Shown: positions 28,901 to 37,016 of the stretch, one piece after another | Layout of the letters: every line of letters starts with the position of its first letter | How positions within the stretch are numbered: position 1 is the stretch's first letter | From: Euryarchaeota archaeon UBA257 | Lineage (GTDB): Archaea; Thermoplasmatota; Poseidoniia; Poseidoniales; Thalassarchaeaceae | Length of the DNA stretch: 64,000 bases | Direction: 5' to 3' | Assembly (NCBI GenBank): GCA_002498985.1 | Contig: DAJO01000037.1 | Span: 3,356 to 67,355 of the forward strand | The notes under the pieces: model-generated | The model's input: only the letters and a program-made list of their open reading frames with translations | Database searches by the model: none | What the model was told of the DNA's origin: nothing | Made by a program: the position numbers and the translations under genes

Positions 28901-29497
28901 ACCTTGTCCCGGATTTGTCCCTCTGCCTCTAATTGCTAAAGTAACGAGTATTCCCAATGTGATTGATGCTATCCAGAATGCGAAGAAAACAGAAGCAATA
29001 GAGCCTCTAGTTAAATCAACTAATTCATCTGGGCTTCCACTCCATGAAGATTCGTCAAGAGTATATCTAGTAGCAAAAGAAATCGCTAGATGGAAACCAA
29101 GTACCACTGAAAGTAAAATTGATGATTCCTCATTCCAATTATTTTTATCTAAGAAAATAGTAGAAACAAAAACGAAAGCGAACGTAAATCCTTCCATAGG
29201 GACAATTGGAGTAAACTCAGGCGCTAATAACGAAAATATAATCGCGGACAATGAACTCAGGATAATAATCAAATTACTTTTTGACGATTGGTCCACAACG
29301 ATTCTACCGATAAACGCGGCTAAAGCAGCGATAACCGGTAGGATCAGGAGGTCAGCATATCCGTCGTTCTCAATTCCACCATTAGCGACATAATCAGTCC
29401 CAAAGAAAAGTACCATCAAAGTTGCTAGTACAGCAGGGACCGGGAGTAAATTCTTATTTGAAAAACCTCCCTTTGTCGCATCATTATCATCGTTCAT
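19991..29497 (-). CDS. aglB: giant oligosaccharyltransferase AglB/STT3 with extra N-terminal TM region and long C-terminal beta-sandwich/CARDB-like stalk
   Basis: GSDPWY, ADHD, TIGE (TIXE), SWWDYG and ADNFQ motifs of AglB/STT3. Followed by ~1700 aa of repeated beta-sandwich modules and a final TM plus basic tail. SD GGTGA upstream. Confidence 0.9.
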   Translation of the reverse strand: MNDDNDATKGGFSNKNLLPVPAVLATLMVLFFGTDYVANGGIENDGYADLLILPVIAALAAFIGRIVVDQSSKSNLIIILSSLSAIIFSLLAPEFTPIVPMEGFTFAFVFVSTIFLDKNNWNEESSILLSVVLGFHLAISFATRYTLDESSWSGSPDELVDLTRGSIASVFFAFWIASITLGILVTLAIRGRGTNPGQGPWFRDIPSVMPQAGLITAGIIFLINLIPLIWLSTIDDVTSYNNHYYLGSVWALFTSIVVLFVSFCNSERWHVLGTVVALNWLMYTLAHLAEIGNDLPLSTLNGEDNVSMFTWFLLVFWLNVGAMMVAGRGMFGDISPRREHSDFRKWWNQNSYGIMVGSALIIGLAVRTGWNVLPAMNASGTGLWDMSGGSDPWYMKRVVDYVVYQKSHLIIDADRAYPMVAINPRPPLFSWSLALGGLFLSWLSGMSLETSVWWSVASLPAIFGALIVLPIAGLARKLHSNMAGIVAAWLIALMPGHIGHSTFGLADHDAFAMLFLAIAFYYWVKAMDELKNERLFKTPSLSPLYIIAGIRQMWSTNPVVMSNATLSGVSFAVVALGWKGFVYGPGILFIAFAFQIFFNMFRRRDSLPITAASLQMMLTAFVIPLPFYCWPGLSLLFDPSGFQPMFYIIGFTLALGWVSSSYRDKPWLLVLGSTAVLMGSILAILYVLQQANIYDGWDVLFTGGFYFSKNKIFGTIGEAQAPSRGVLFASYGPIVSLIAIFVAVMLLWRGARKEKQSHILLGLWVLIAIYMAWSAGRFIFNATPAISVVGGIGIAMMWNYANFSGFLKEWRKSGISTPRSRFWANWKASRRHPGVPALMMVLMLVCSQHMTYGIDSGIPRGEQSASDVDQTIHDITPDIFRQEVLGFSLLNSENYDANGDLWYMGTFGPGFNSGSWNLAYEWLSEQDTEVSFSERPAFVSWWDYGFQALAQGEHPTVADNFQSGIPNSGAMLLSASQEDTVSLFITTLAQGDRRSNAPSGFTDDFRNLLLDGHMDDSQLSEFDKIMSLGTGDSKIVLDRSMSVVAVDGEHELLRGFHLESNGLPSESEVWVILEDGEIIVDGLSNEESAIDSFNDARNSVSELDRYEKGANKGELIIQYYDISGYRYTPDLIEDFDDVSTGLHRVNAKLALSRALLLEIFNSEEINDLYHDMSTKLVYDVQDYEGVLGETISRNNEIRYFAVDNRLYPLGGQYYEDYGYHQGQTTGIFHAPTSLSGLDTETYISSVYQTQRGDGPIIPRTGEEYESEYLNDVIRQQSGALTDVNEMIRMVDIDYQHQPEFFDTMVARIYVGYGSSTLGLPGEAEQPAPHFYTSGAPGSYLENAYPLPGAMMNHLVLSNWYTPDCETDENGTQLDSECENLGIGSANTQVKVMKYYSGATIEGTVELEGIGPVPNARLLIERDAFSGDEVEIDGQVTDRDQRTYWIPIGTADADSNGDFSFLAPSGKIRVSAFYGESDLEAARTQIMTSNVGQSLGDIFETETTGVRALNPITGILGNVSGSTWLSETIVNISGDDGHSNGESIIPVSISVSPASSIGRLVWSGSEVFSGNSLEDATIELSPSWDSIVTSPYLISTSNGSIMGDDLRFDGTGEVTFTGEGDVITSTIATISDFTGNYTQTIFNNYSITGEGEFAGKGIIDGIINDDFENIIDCDVNETMPENNSLCMQSDGKYLLDGIVNASGLFTADGVASFTQKLVQSTLIGSGVFSTDTSNKNLSSYGTINATGSFSGMGIFSGVMVQPGTFHVVDAIPGSYDVAVIFSDDTRVEIDDGFFISQTISGTPTDIDINGGLISGILIDESGNYLDSHVLLESADGSSDVENIGDCEVVKYAPCNIHPELTYENDLLTGSKIEFGPIMPGSYIASIDIDGDNFPETSLEFTVDSNTESSIILPSPMPLTTDLTFQLINSDNGTDNLVEGLDLTFNQKNGSGSPVDSEYDNLSGHYYVELTPGTWILNYTLSATEQLWEEIEVIANSDFTDTFSFYTSQTVNGTLYYDENIQSDTIDTDKTLEFVSIDFYWDDFSTTVETSSDGTFSIVLPVGSEVDAIAQLGVDLKLVNGTKFTVEENMDKITMVARPGQAIDGAVSVNRENNLFNSEIGGWEPVTVIAQSDEYDVTWRSETDDGGFFTMVLPKGEWEFTVLSDEITSGTNTTNVDNNNNTIEVIIYPDDSILTIDFFLDNSADNNMSNGTPVTYDFSLLSLVDGIDYHINSTSSDWTDEGIAQVTVEAGIYRISVDIADPNSGDLFGTRIMSGDVDVRVGIDSTDITRSIGFDPEWRVEMSFTNESGGDLSEQLVRFTNVENGWVLSRTTDSNGSIIDFFPQGDWIATTEIVNNDIKEGLRDLISVSSDITSESLTFSTSQLAEISFNVSEDSTSSPLSGVSLLMESASDLGSFSIEATNSSGLTTVDVVEGDWLISLNYTEDGKRWVVESYPVTISVGENHVDLTANLYVALTGTVFWDLNNNNASNVGEGISDVQMMFTTTSDSNEHSISTDNTGEWELFVPYNTSWQIETIYDGFESINESISVSDSPNDVQLELVAGLVDVYGNITYALGISSIPVEDIELMIMPTEGLVRDTVAIEINDDWSGSWSTELEPGLWIVSASVPSQDLIIMGLLDVDVTGNSNNLDMELTSGGILEVQTEWLDYDGNSRNLGDISDANLLVDVGFGMKWIQSVDETGNLNLLLPNGNVQFSGDFEVEQRGLTMEFTAGRGFDVYPGLNTTIDLLFNRVSNHEIEITTLNETSGHENYVGSLGDVSLEVDGINGFFPVDFTLAVDYLGHESYDVFTVGGIVSGTDSSEWTVQFHNGTGNWTTSTQFEVGLDNSVDFDNLNIRVIAPNQSVAHSFEDGHKITISISTLDGYLASHDLIVRVPQIHGFELTNPMSEVYGVSPGELITIPIEFTNAGNGDEKYEFEFDDSELPDGWSRTGPTSHTIGSFVSTSHSVTVVSPSDAMPNEEFLIYVSVTDKAGNSYDTIEIKVRSSEPVLKIEGIQALGGGEPEAGGQITYIATISNSGLVDAENVQLNAQLCRDVDCNSPTSVNATTTMDISAESSTQFSFLFDLSDIQVDQYYIMLDINSTGFDEENIDDGSWHISDGVEQGVMNVDVRSPSVDDDENTDIIAYILIIGLVIIGLYLTKGRSGRRPGAPF

Positions 29498-29616
29498 TAT
29501 TAATCACCATGTTGTCGAGCCTGCAGGCTCAGAGTTCCGGCGAAAATTGAGGATGTTATAACCGTTAGTGGGACAACGGTTTTCAGATAAAAATAAAATA
29601 TGAGTAAATATTGCCT

Positions 29617-30885
29617 TCAGAGCCCTTTATGGGCAATGTCTTTTCTAAAATATGAACCTTCTAATTCTATGTTCTCAATTACTTCATACGCGGCTTCAAC
29701 TGCTAAACCTAAATTAGGCGCTATTCCGGTTGCTGCGAGCACACGACCACCATCAGAAATTAATGTACCTTCATTAGAAATCATGGCACCAGCATAATGG
29801 ACAAAGGCACTGATTTCTCCTTCCTCAATTCTTGTTTCTGTACCCGTGATTACTCTACCAGTAATTGAATTGGAAGGATAACCTTCTGAGCACAAAACAA
29901 TGGTTGCCGATGAGTGCGGAAATATATTATATTCGCATTCAGAAATTTTGCCATTTGCACAAGACATCAACAACTCCCCTAAATCGCTTGAGATTAATGG
30001 TAACGTCACTTGTGTTTCTGGATCTCCAAAACGGACATTAAATTCTACTACAAAAGGGGCACCATTCTGATCTATCATTAGTCCGACATATAGGCAACCA
30101 CGATAAGGCACATCCTGATTTCTAAGGAAATGATGCATAGGCTCAATGATTTCTGAAATTGTCCTCTGTTCTACAGCAGGTGTATAAACCGGAGCAGGAG
30201 CATAAGCTCCCATACCACCTGTATTTGGGCCATTATCGCCGTCCAGAAGACGTTTATGGTCTTGACTTGCAGGTAAACAAACATAACCTGATTCATCCAT
30301 TACTACCAAAACTGACGCTTCTTCACCAAATAGGAATTCTTCAAGAAGGACTTTTCCATCCAACTCTATTCCATCTTTCAGAGCATTAAAGGCTTCATTA
30401 CGATCAGATGTTACAACTACTCCTTTACCACCTGCAAGGACATCTCTCTTCACCACCCAAGGAGGTGAATAGATATCTAATGAGTCATTAATTTGGTCAA
30501 TTTTTTCTATCAATATCAGACCAGCTGTTGGGACTTTCATCGATTGCATGACCTCCTTTGCATGCAATTTCGAACCTTCTAATTTAGCACCTATTGAATT
30601 AGGGCCGAAACAAGGAATTTCTTCTTCTGAGAGCCTATCAGATAAGCCAGCAACTAGTGGCGCTTCAGGACCAACCACTACCAAATCTATATTCAATTTT
30701 TTAGCTAAATCAATTATTCCCTCAATATCCATTGAATCTACTTTATAATTAGTCCCTGAAATAGCCGTACCTGCATTCCCGGGGCATGAATGAACATGAT
30801 TTACTGAGTCCGATTCTGAGAGACGTAGGGCTAGAGCATGCTCTCGGCCACCACTGCCTACAATGAGTACTTCCATGCCAGTCAT
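29617..30885 (-). CDS. purD: phosphoribosylamine--glycine ligase
   Basis: VGSGGREHAL, VGPEAPL, LEGSK, QDHKRLLDGDNGPNTGGMGAYAP, EFNVRFGDPETQ and GGRVL motifs. Confidence 0.97.
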   Translation of the reverse strand: MTGMEVLIVGSGGREHALALRLSESDSVNHVHSCPGNAGTAISGTNYKVDSMDIEGIIDLAKKLNIDLVVVGPEAPLVAGLSDRLSEEEIPCFGPNSIGAKLEGSKLHAKEVMQSMKVPTAGLILIEKIDQINDSLDIYSPPWVVKRDVLAGGKGVVVTSDRNEAFNALKDGIELDGKVLLEEFLFGEEASVLVVMDESGYVCLPASQDHKRLLDGDNGPNTGGMGAYAPAPVYTPAVEQRTISEIIEPMHHFLRNQDVPYRGCLYVGLMIDQNGAPFVVEFNVRFGDPETQVTLPLISSDLGELLMSCANGKISECEYNIFPHSSATIVLCSEGYPSNSITGRVITGTETRIEEGEISAFVHYAGAMISNEGTLISDGGRVLAATGIAPNLGLAVEAAYEVIENIELEGSYFRKDIAHKGL

Positions 30886-30942
30886 GTTCGTCCGATGGAG
30901 TAAGGGAATTAATGAATTCTAATGCCGTATTGTAAAATAAAA

Positions 30943-31713
30943 CTAGTAAGGAACTTCTTTTAACCCAAATTTATAGCCTAAAATATTGAATGAACGGTGG
31001 ATTACGGGAGTGATGATCAAAAGGAAAATAATTTCTTCAACTAAATTGGGATGAGTTATAATCTGGCCATCGAATAGTAAAAAAGCAGTAGCAAATATAG
31101 CAATCGCAAAGGGAATTGTATCCAATAGAGGAGCTTCTGAACTTTCATCGCCTTCTCTTTTCAATCCTCTTCTACGCTTTACAAATGAACCACACATATC
31201 TCCAATCATGCAGGAAAAACCAAGTATAAAACCCATTGTAAATGCAGCAAATGATGAACTAAGTTCTCCTTCGAAAAACCAGAACCAATCGCCAGGGTCG
31301 GCATAAATTAGTGGGTCAATAAATGGTGCATTTGTACCATTACCATTCCAGATATTGTGGGCTACAATAAATAATATTCCACTGAATATACCTCCTCCTA
31401 TCAAACCATTCCAAGACTTTCCATCTCCCAATATTCTATGACCATCCGAATAATTCCTTCCGCGATCTATAATAATTACAGACATTCCAGTTTTATCGGG
31501 TATCCATTTACCGAATAACATTGCACCAGTGTTGGCTAAATATGCGGAACCATACATCAATAACACGCATAATACATTTACAAAAAATGATTCAAGGCCA
31601 TTCGATTGGAAAGGAGGGGAAGAGACATCCACAACCTGTCGAAAAGACTTTCGGACATGAAACATTCCCTCATGGCGCCCAAGTATTAATTTCCTATTGG
31701 TGATTCGCAGCAT
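30943..31713 (-). CDS. carS: CDP-archaeol synthase (DUF46/CarS)
   Basis: YLANTGAML, GDGKSWNGL, GDMCGSFVKRRRG and PLLD motifs in a multi-TM protein. The true start is probably internal (GTG near 31632). Confidence 0.9.
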   Translation of the reverse strand: MLRITNRKLILGRHEGMFHVRKSFRQVVDVSSPPFQSNGLESFFVNVLCVLLMYGSAYLANTGAMLFGKWIPDKTGMSVIIIDRGRNYSDGHRILGDGKSWNGLIGGGIFSGILFIVAHNIWNGNGTNAPFIDPLIYADPGDWFWFFEGELSSSFAAFTMGFILGFSCMIGDMCGSFVKRRRGLKREGDESSEAPLLDTIPFAIAIFATAFLLFDGQIITHPNLVEEIIFLLIITPVIHRSFNILGYKFGLKEVPY

Positions 31714-31715
31714 AC

Positions 31716-33482
31716 ATGAGTACCATACTAAAGATGAAAACTGGTTTTACCTCAATATTATTGATTCTAGTTTTTTTCACTGTACCAACTGTTGCAGACA
31801 ATCATCAAGGAGACATAATAATTGATGAGATTGTTGAATGGACGACTGACCAAGATATAAATCAAAACATTCACATAACTAGTGAAGGTAAGTTGACGAT
31901 TAGTTCCTCGATAACTTTCTCCTCAACATCTACAATAATCATTGACCAAGGAGGAGAATTGAGATTAATAGAATCCTCAGAATTAATTTCTGATAAAAGG
32001 GCGACTTCGTTGAAGACATTAGGAGCTATTGATGAACAAAATAGGTCGAAAATCATTATACCAAGCTCAATTCATAATGGAGACATGAATGTCATAATAA
32101 ACGCTGAAGAGGGGGCATTGTTAGACGGTAGTAATGTATACTTAGGAGATATGGAACCTGTATTAATGAGTGGAATGAACTTCTCATTGAATGTTCCAGA
32201 ATCACAGGGAGATACAGCCCTAGGTTTCACCGGATACGGACAGTTCCCGATTATTAAATCAATTATTATTGAGACAGAATCTGGGAATTATGAATACAAA
32301 GCTAATGAATTACCGTATCAGAATATGTTACTTCACGGAGACAATGGACTTACAATAAACTCTGATGGGAAAATTGAGATAATAGAAAACTCAACATTGC
32401 ATGGTGTGAATATAATTTCGAGCAGTGAGATAATAATAAAGGAAGGAATTATCAAAGATAGTAGCCCAATGATATTAACCAGTGATGATGCTTCATTAAT
32501 CATTCAGAACAGTGAAATCTCAGGTAGTAGCGACGACCACTATGTACAAGCACAGCCGCTAACAAATATTGTATGGGGTGCTTCAGAAGACAATACTGCT
32601 GTTTCAATAAAAGGAGATTTAATTGATAGATGGGAACGAATAATTTCTGATCAAGTCATTATTTTAGATTCCGAAGGAGTTTATTTTAGTATTACTGGAA
32701 GCAGCCCCAACGGGGTATTAGAAATCAATAATTATAGCGGTTTTGATGGTAAATCAGTCATCAATACTCAAGGGGATTCTAGAGTAATTGAGATAGGTTG
32801 GGCAAATGGAGAAATCACTACTGAAAATGCAGTTATTTCAATATTAGAATATAGGACTGCTTGGAATACAGAATCTAGTGGAATCAACAATTATGGTCCA
32901 GCGAATTTTGAATTGACATGGGAAAAGGAAATAGATTTGACTTCAATTAATGTCCCGAACATAGAATGGGTAGATCTTAACGTAAACCTAGATGATTCTA
33001 CATCAGAGGGAATCTTACAAACCGGGGTATCTCAACAGATATCTGCTATTTTAGCGAATAGAGGTGGTGCTTCTGCTAATTTATTCTTTGATTGTAATAT
33101 TACAGAAACAGGAATGTCGGCAGATATTGGGGGGTATCAGAACGTAATGATTGATGCCGGAGAAGAAGTAGAAGTTTTCTTCGGTTGGAGAAATAATGAG
33201 CCTGGTACATTAAGTCTAACATGTGAGGTATTAACGCCTAGTCAATTGGTTGATTATGAAAACTCACAGGCATTTGGAGGAGGCACTATGTCTACAGAAC
33301 CTATCCTTTGGGAAGAAATTAATGATGAAAGTTTCAACATGATTCCAATCCTTATTGTCATAATAATTATTATGATCTCTGCAGGAGTTTACTTTGTACA
33401 TAATTTATCAAAAAATGCCGAAGAAACAGCTGAAATTCTAGATAATTATAATAAATCTTCTAAAAATGAAGAAGATATCTGA
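31716..33482 (+). CDS. secreted beta-rich surface protein with CARDB-like domain and C-terminal TM
   Basis: Signal peptide, an N-terminus resembling the cap of the beta-helix protein, CARDB-like ILANRGG...IDAGEEVEVFFGW, and a C-terminal hydrophobic helix. Confidence 0.75.
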   Translation: MSTILKMKTGFTSILLILVFFTVPTVADNHQGDIIIDEIVEWTTDQDINQNIHITSEGKLTISSSITFSSTSTIIIDQGGELRLIESSELISDKRATSLKTLGAIDEQNRSKIIIPSSIHNGDMNVIINAEEGALLDGSNVYLGDMEPVLMSGMNFSLNVPESQGDTALGFTGYGQFPIIKSIIIETESGNYEYKANELPYQNMLLHGDNGLTINSDGKIEIIENSTLHGVNIISSSEIIIKEGIIKDSSPMILTSDDASLIIQNSEISGSSDDHYVQAQPLTNIVWGASEDNTAVSIKGDLIDRWERIISDQVIILDSEGVYFSITGSSPNGVLEINNYSGFDGKSVINTQGDSRVIEIGWANGEITTENAVISILEYRTAWNTESSGINNYGPANFELTWEKEIDLTSINVPNIEWVDLNVNLDDSTSEGILQTGVSQQISAILANRGGASANLFFDCNITETGMSADIGGYQNVMIDAGEEVEVFFGWRNNEPGTLSLTCEVLTPSQLVDYENSQAFGGGTMSTEPILWEEINDESFNMIPILIVIIIIMISAGVYFVHNLSKNAEETAEILDNYNKSSKNEEDI

Positions 33483-33483
33483 A

Positions 33484-33972
33484 TCATATATCCAAGACGA
33501 CTTGAGCCATCCAACCTGGTCCTTCAAAGGTAGGAATATTTGGTTCTACGCCTGTAACTATTTCGCCCTTGTTTATTTCTCTAAATACTAGTTCATGTAA
33601 TGTCACTGCCTTGATTTCAATTTCACGATGTACAAAATCTGACTTAACCCAAGAAACATGTGCAGAGATAGATTTTTCATCGATTTTAACTGCTAAATCA
33701 ACTAGCCATTGATCTTCAACAGAGCCTCTGTAAAGTATTTCCTCTAGAAACTTGACAAGTCCTCTTTCCAAATCATTATTGTTAATCACCACTGCCCATA
33801 CTCCATTAAATCTTGTTAAATGATTTAGAGATTCAGGATTCTTATCCTCTAACTGAATTGATTGGAGTCCAAGAACACATTCAGTAATAGCACCCACAGC
33901 AGTAGATGAAAATGCTCTAATTCCAATATCTGCAGTAGTCGGAAGAATCCACCAAGACATATTTAGCGTCAC
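33484..33972 (-). CDS. archease (RtcB cofactor)
   Basis: TTADIGIRAF, EIKAVTLH and terminal LDI are the conserved archease motifs. Confidence 0.88.
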   Translation of the reverse strand: MTLNMSWWILPTTADIGIRAFSSTAVGAITECVLGLQSIQLEDKNPESLNHLTRFNGVWAVVINNNDLERGLVKFLEEILYRGSVEDQWLVDLAVKIDEKSISAHVSWVKSDFVHREIEIKAVTLHELVFREINKGEIVTGVEPNIPTFEGPGWMAQVVLDI

Positions 33973-36900
33973 TCAAATTGATTGCATAATTCACCCTGAC
34001 TGGGGAAGCTCACAGGATCCTTTGGATTGGTATTCCATTTATTCTCACATTTATTCAGAGACCCATCCCCGTCAGAATCGATATTTGCATCTGCAGGATC
34101 GAATGGATCAAAGTCGAAGAAATATTCCCATCCTGCCCACATTCCATCACCATCTTGGTCTTGGTGGAACACTTCTGAGCCATCGAACCACTGATCACCG
34201 TCAGTATCATTCAAAATTGGACTTGTTCCATTTTGCATTTCCTCGAAATTAGTATAATTTTCAAGGTCATCATAGAACCTTTTTCCATAATCTCCCATTG
34301 GATCAATGTGGCACTCCGCATTTTGTGGATCGTCCCAACCCGGGCAATAACGGTACAACAAATTTGTACGATTTAGCCCGTCTCTATCAAAGTCTTCCTG
34401 TCCGTCATCCACACCGTCTAAATCAGAGTCAATCATTGCAGGGTCCATCGGTCCTCGTGCACCTAATGCATTCAATGAGTTATTGTCTACAATACCTAAA
34501 GAAATTGCTTCTCCCGAATAGAAAACTTCCCATCCATCTGGGAGTTTATCGCCATCAGTATCGTCATTAACAGGATTAGTATTCCACCTGTCAGGTGCTT
34601 CTAGTTGATTCATTAGAGTATCATTGTCAATGTCAAATATATTATCTGTCATAGAACCATAAGCCGGATCTAAAGCCCATCTTCCATCATTAGGAATTAC
34701 AAAACCTGATAGATTCATTTCATGAAGGAAATATTTCGGGTCCATTACTCCATCACCATCTCTATCTCCAGATGTAGAGAAACCTTGGACATAATTTGTC
34801 CAGACCCAACCGCCCGGTCCTAACCCACATTCAAACATATTATCGCATCCAGGTGGAAGCCAATTAGTACTACTAATCCATAAGCTGTGACTATTAGTAT
34901 TCTGTTGTATTGAAAATACTTGCATTTCCCATCCGTCGGGTTGTCCGTCTTCATCTGTATCATTAATCAACGGATTGGTAGCTGCCTGCCACGGTCGTGG
35001 AATGAATAATACTTCTCCACCATCATCTAATCCATCACCATCGCTGTCTGCATTATTACCATGAGTGATGTACTGATCCTGCCCATCTACCACTTCTTCT
35101 CCATCCGCTAATCCATCATTATCTGTATCAAATGAAGAAGCATTAGTGAAATATTGTTCTGTGACATTCCAGTAGAATCCATCCATGGATTCAGTAAAAT
35201 CTTCCAAACCATCGCTATCAGTATCTCTATCCGTAGCATTAGTAAACGTTTCATAATATTCAACTGCATCAGAAAGACCATCACTGTCTGTGTCAAATAC
35301 ACCAGGGTCGCTACGAACTAACACGTCTTTAACGCCATTATCAACGACTCTGATTGTCCAACCAATAACCTCTATGCCATCGATTAGCCCGTCATTGTCA
35401 GTATCAGCTACGAGAGGATTTGTCGACCTCCCGTCAGTAATACCATCTCCATCTCTATCTCTAGCGTTATACTCATCTAAGTTTGTGAATCTTTCATCTT
35501 GTTCCACAATAATAGCTAAATCTTGAGTTCTAGTAAGTACCTCATCCCCAACATTAACATTAATCTCATAAACCCAGCCTTCGGTTTGTGTCTTTACAGG
35601 AATATTTACATAAACACTGTTTTGAACTGTTCTGACCCAGAGAATTGTTTTATTCACAGGGACATATTCTCCCAATTCTACGGAAATCAAATGAACAGTA
35701 CTAACCCCTACAAGATCGTCATAACGAACCCCGCCATCACCATCAGAATCATACCCATCAAAATCAGGGTCTTCTAAAGCATTGGCGCCATCATCATTAG
35801 GGTGTATTCCATTCAAATGCTCCCAACCATCGGGCATACCATCATTATCAGTATCAGACATTAATGGGCTAGTGAAATTTTCAGGACCCCAGGTGTATGC
35901 GACTTCATACTCTTCTACGTTATTTAGACCGTCTTCATCCCTATCACCGTAGGCATCAGTTGCATTGGCAGGATTAAGGAATCTCTTATTTTCTTGATCT
36001 AGTGCATAACAATATTCGTACCCATCAGGCATTCCATCGCCATCAGAGTCCCAATCTCCGGGGCCGTTGAGGCGCCCATCGCCATCCATATCTTCCTCAA
36101 ACCAAGTCATATCTCCAGGACCGCTCATGTATTCGTGATATGGTGCCTGTAATGTCAAGGTACCAAATTGTATCACTCCACAATGGACTGAAAGATCGAT
36201 GTTACCGAATGCTATTTCATATCTATCAGCAATCAAGTCACCATCACTATCTTCTTCCAATGGATTAGTATCATATCTTTCTTCTACATAATTTCTGAGA
36301 CTATCTGGTTCAGGTTGTTCCAAATCTAATAATGCATCGCAAGAATGGCCGAATTGATTACCCATCTCATCAAAGGTACTGGCTCCAATATCTGCCTTGA
36401 TTTGTGCCTTGACTTCAGGAGTTAAAATATAGCAATCCCAATTTCCATCGAGAGGGTCAAGAAGCTTAATTGGTCCTTGAGGTGTCTCTACAGTGTAAGT
36501 GTAGAGAGATTCCCAGCGATCATTCAACCCATCTCCGTCAGAATCTTGTAAATTTGGATTTGTGCCAAGTGCTGCCTCATCCACATTGATTAGCCCATCT
36601 CTATCTGGATCTCCAAATGGGCCATTATCAGGATTAGGGAATGTTTCATTTAACTCAGTATTTTCATCGTTCTCATCCGGATTAGTAGTTTGTGGATCAG
36701 GTTCAGCGGCTTCACCACTATCTAATGGATCTAAGCCATTATCAATCTCCCATCCATCTTCTAAACCATCATTATCTGTATCGGAGAGTCTCCAATCAGT
36801 ACCGTAAAGTGTCTGCTCCATTCTGTCAGGTAAACCATCACCATCTGTATCTTTACCTTCTATGTGATTTTCATTATCAGAAGTTTCTATGTCTACTGAA

Positions 36901-37016
36901 CCATCTTCCCATCCAGAAACTGTAGCTAAACCGGCTCCAATAATTGTGTAAAATCCTGCTAAAATCAAGGTTGCAGCGATGGCTGCAACGGCATATTGGT
37001 TGTGTGTCAAAGCCAA
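33969..37016 (-). CDS. membrane-anchored DxDxDG (TSP3-like) repeat protein with an inserted biotinyl/lipoyl-like domain
   Basis: TTG start after SD GAGGTGA, N-terminal TM, many DxDxDG..DG[WY]E repeats, and insert ISVELGEYV...EGWVYEINVNVGDEV. Confidence 0.85.
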   Translation of the reverse strand: MALTHNQYAVAAIAATLILAGFYTIIGAGLATVSGWEDGSVDIETSDNENHIEGKDTDGDGLPDRMEQTLYGTDWRLSDTDNDGLEDGWEIDNGLDPLDSGEAAEPDPQTTNPDENDENTELNETFPNPDNGPFGDPDRDGLINVDEAALGTNPNLQDSDGDGLNDRWESLYTYTVETPQGPIKLLDPLDGNWDCYILTPEVKAQIKADIGASTFDEMGNQFGHSCDALLDLEQPEPDSLRNYVEERYDTNPLEEDSDGDLIADRYEIAFGNIDLSVHCGVIQFGTLTLQAPYHEYMSGPGDMTWFEEDMDGDGRLNGPGDWDSDGDGMPDGYEYCYALDQENKRFLNPANATDAYGDRDEDGLNNVEEYEVAYTWGPENFTSPLMSDTDNDGMPDGWEHLNGIHPNDDGANALEDPDFDGYDSDGDGGVRYDDLVGVSTVHLISVELGEYVPVNKTILWVRTVQNSVYVNIPVKTQTEGWVYEINVNVGDEVLTRTQDLAIIVEQDERFTNLDEYNARDRDGDGITDGRSTNPLVADTDNDGLIDGIEVIGWTIRVVDNGVKDVLVRSDPGVFDTDSDGLSDAVEYYETFTNATDRDTDSDGLEDFTESMDGFYWNVTEQYFTNASSFDTDNDGLADGEEVVDGQDQYITHGNNADSDGDGLDDGGEVLFIPRPWQAATNPLINDTDEDGQPDGWEMQVFSIQQNTNSHSLWISSTNWLPPGCDNMFECGLGPGGWVWTNYVQGFSTSGDRDGDGVMDPKYFLHEMNLSGFVIPNDGRWALDPAYGSMTDNIFDIDNDTLMNQLEAPDRWNTNPVNDDTDGDKLPDGWEVFYSGEAISLGIVDNNSLNALGARGPMDPAMIDSDLDGVDDGQEDFDRDGLNRTNLLYRYCPGWDDPQNAECHIDPMGDYGKRFYDDLENYTNFEEMQNGTSPILNDTDGDQWFDGSEVFHQDQDGDGMWAGWEYFFDFDPFDPADANIDSDGDGSLNKCENKWNTNPKDPVSFPSQGELCNQFE

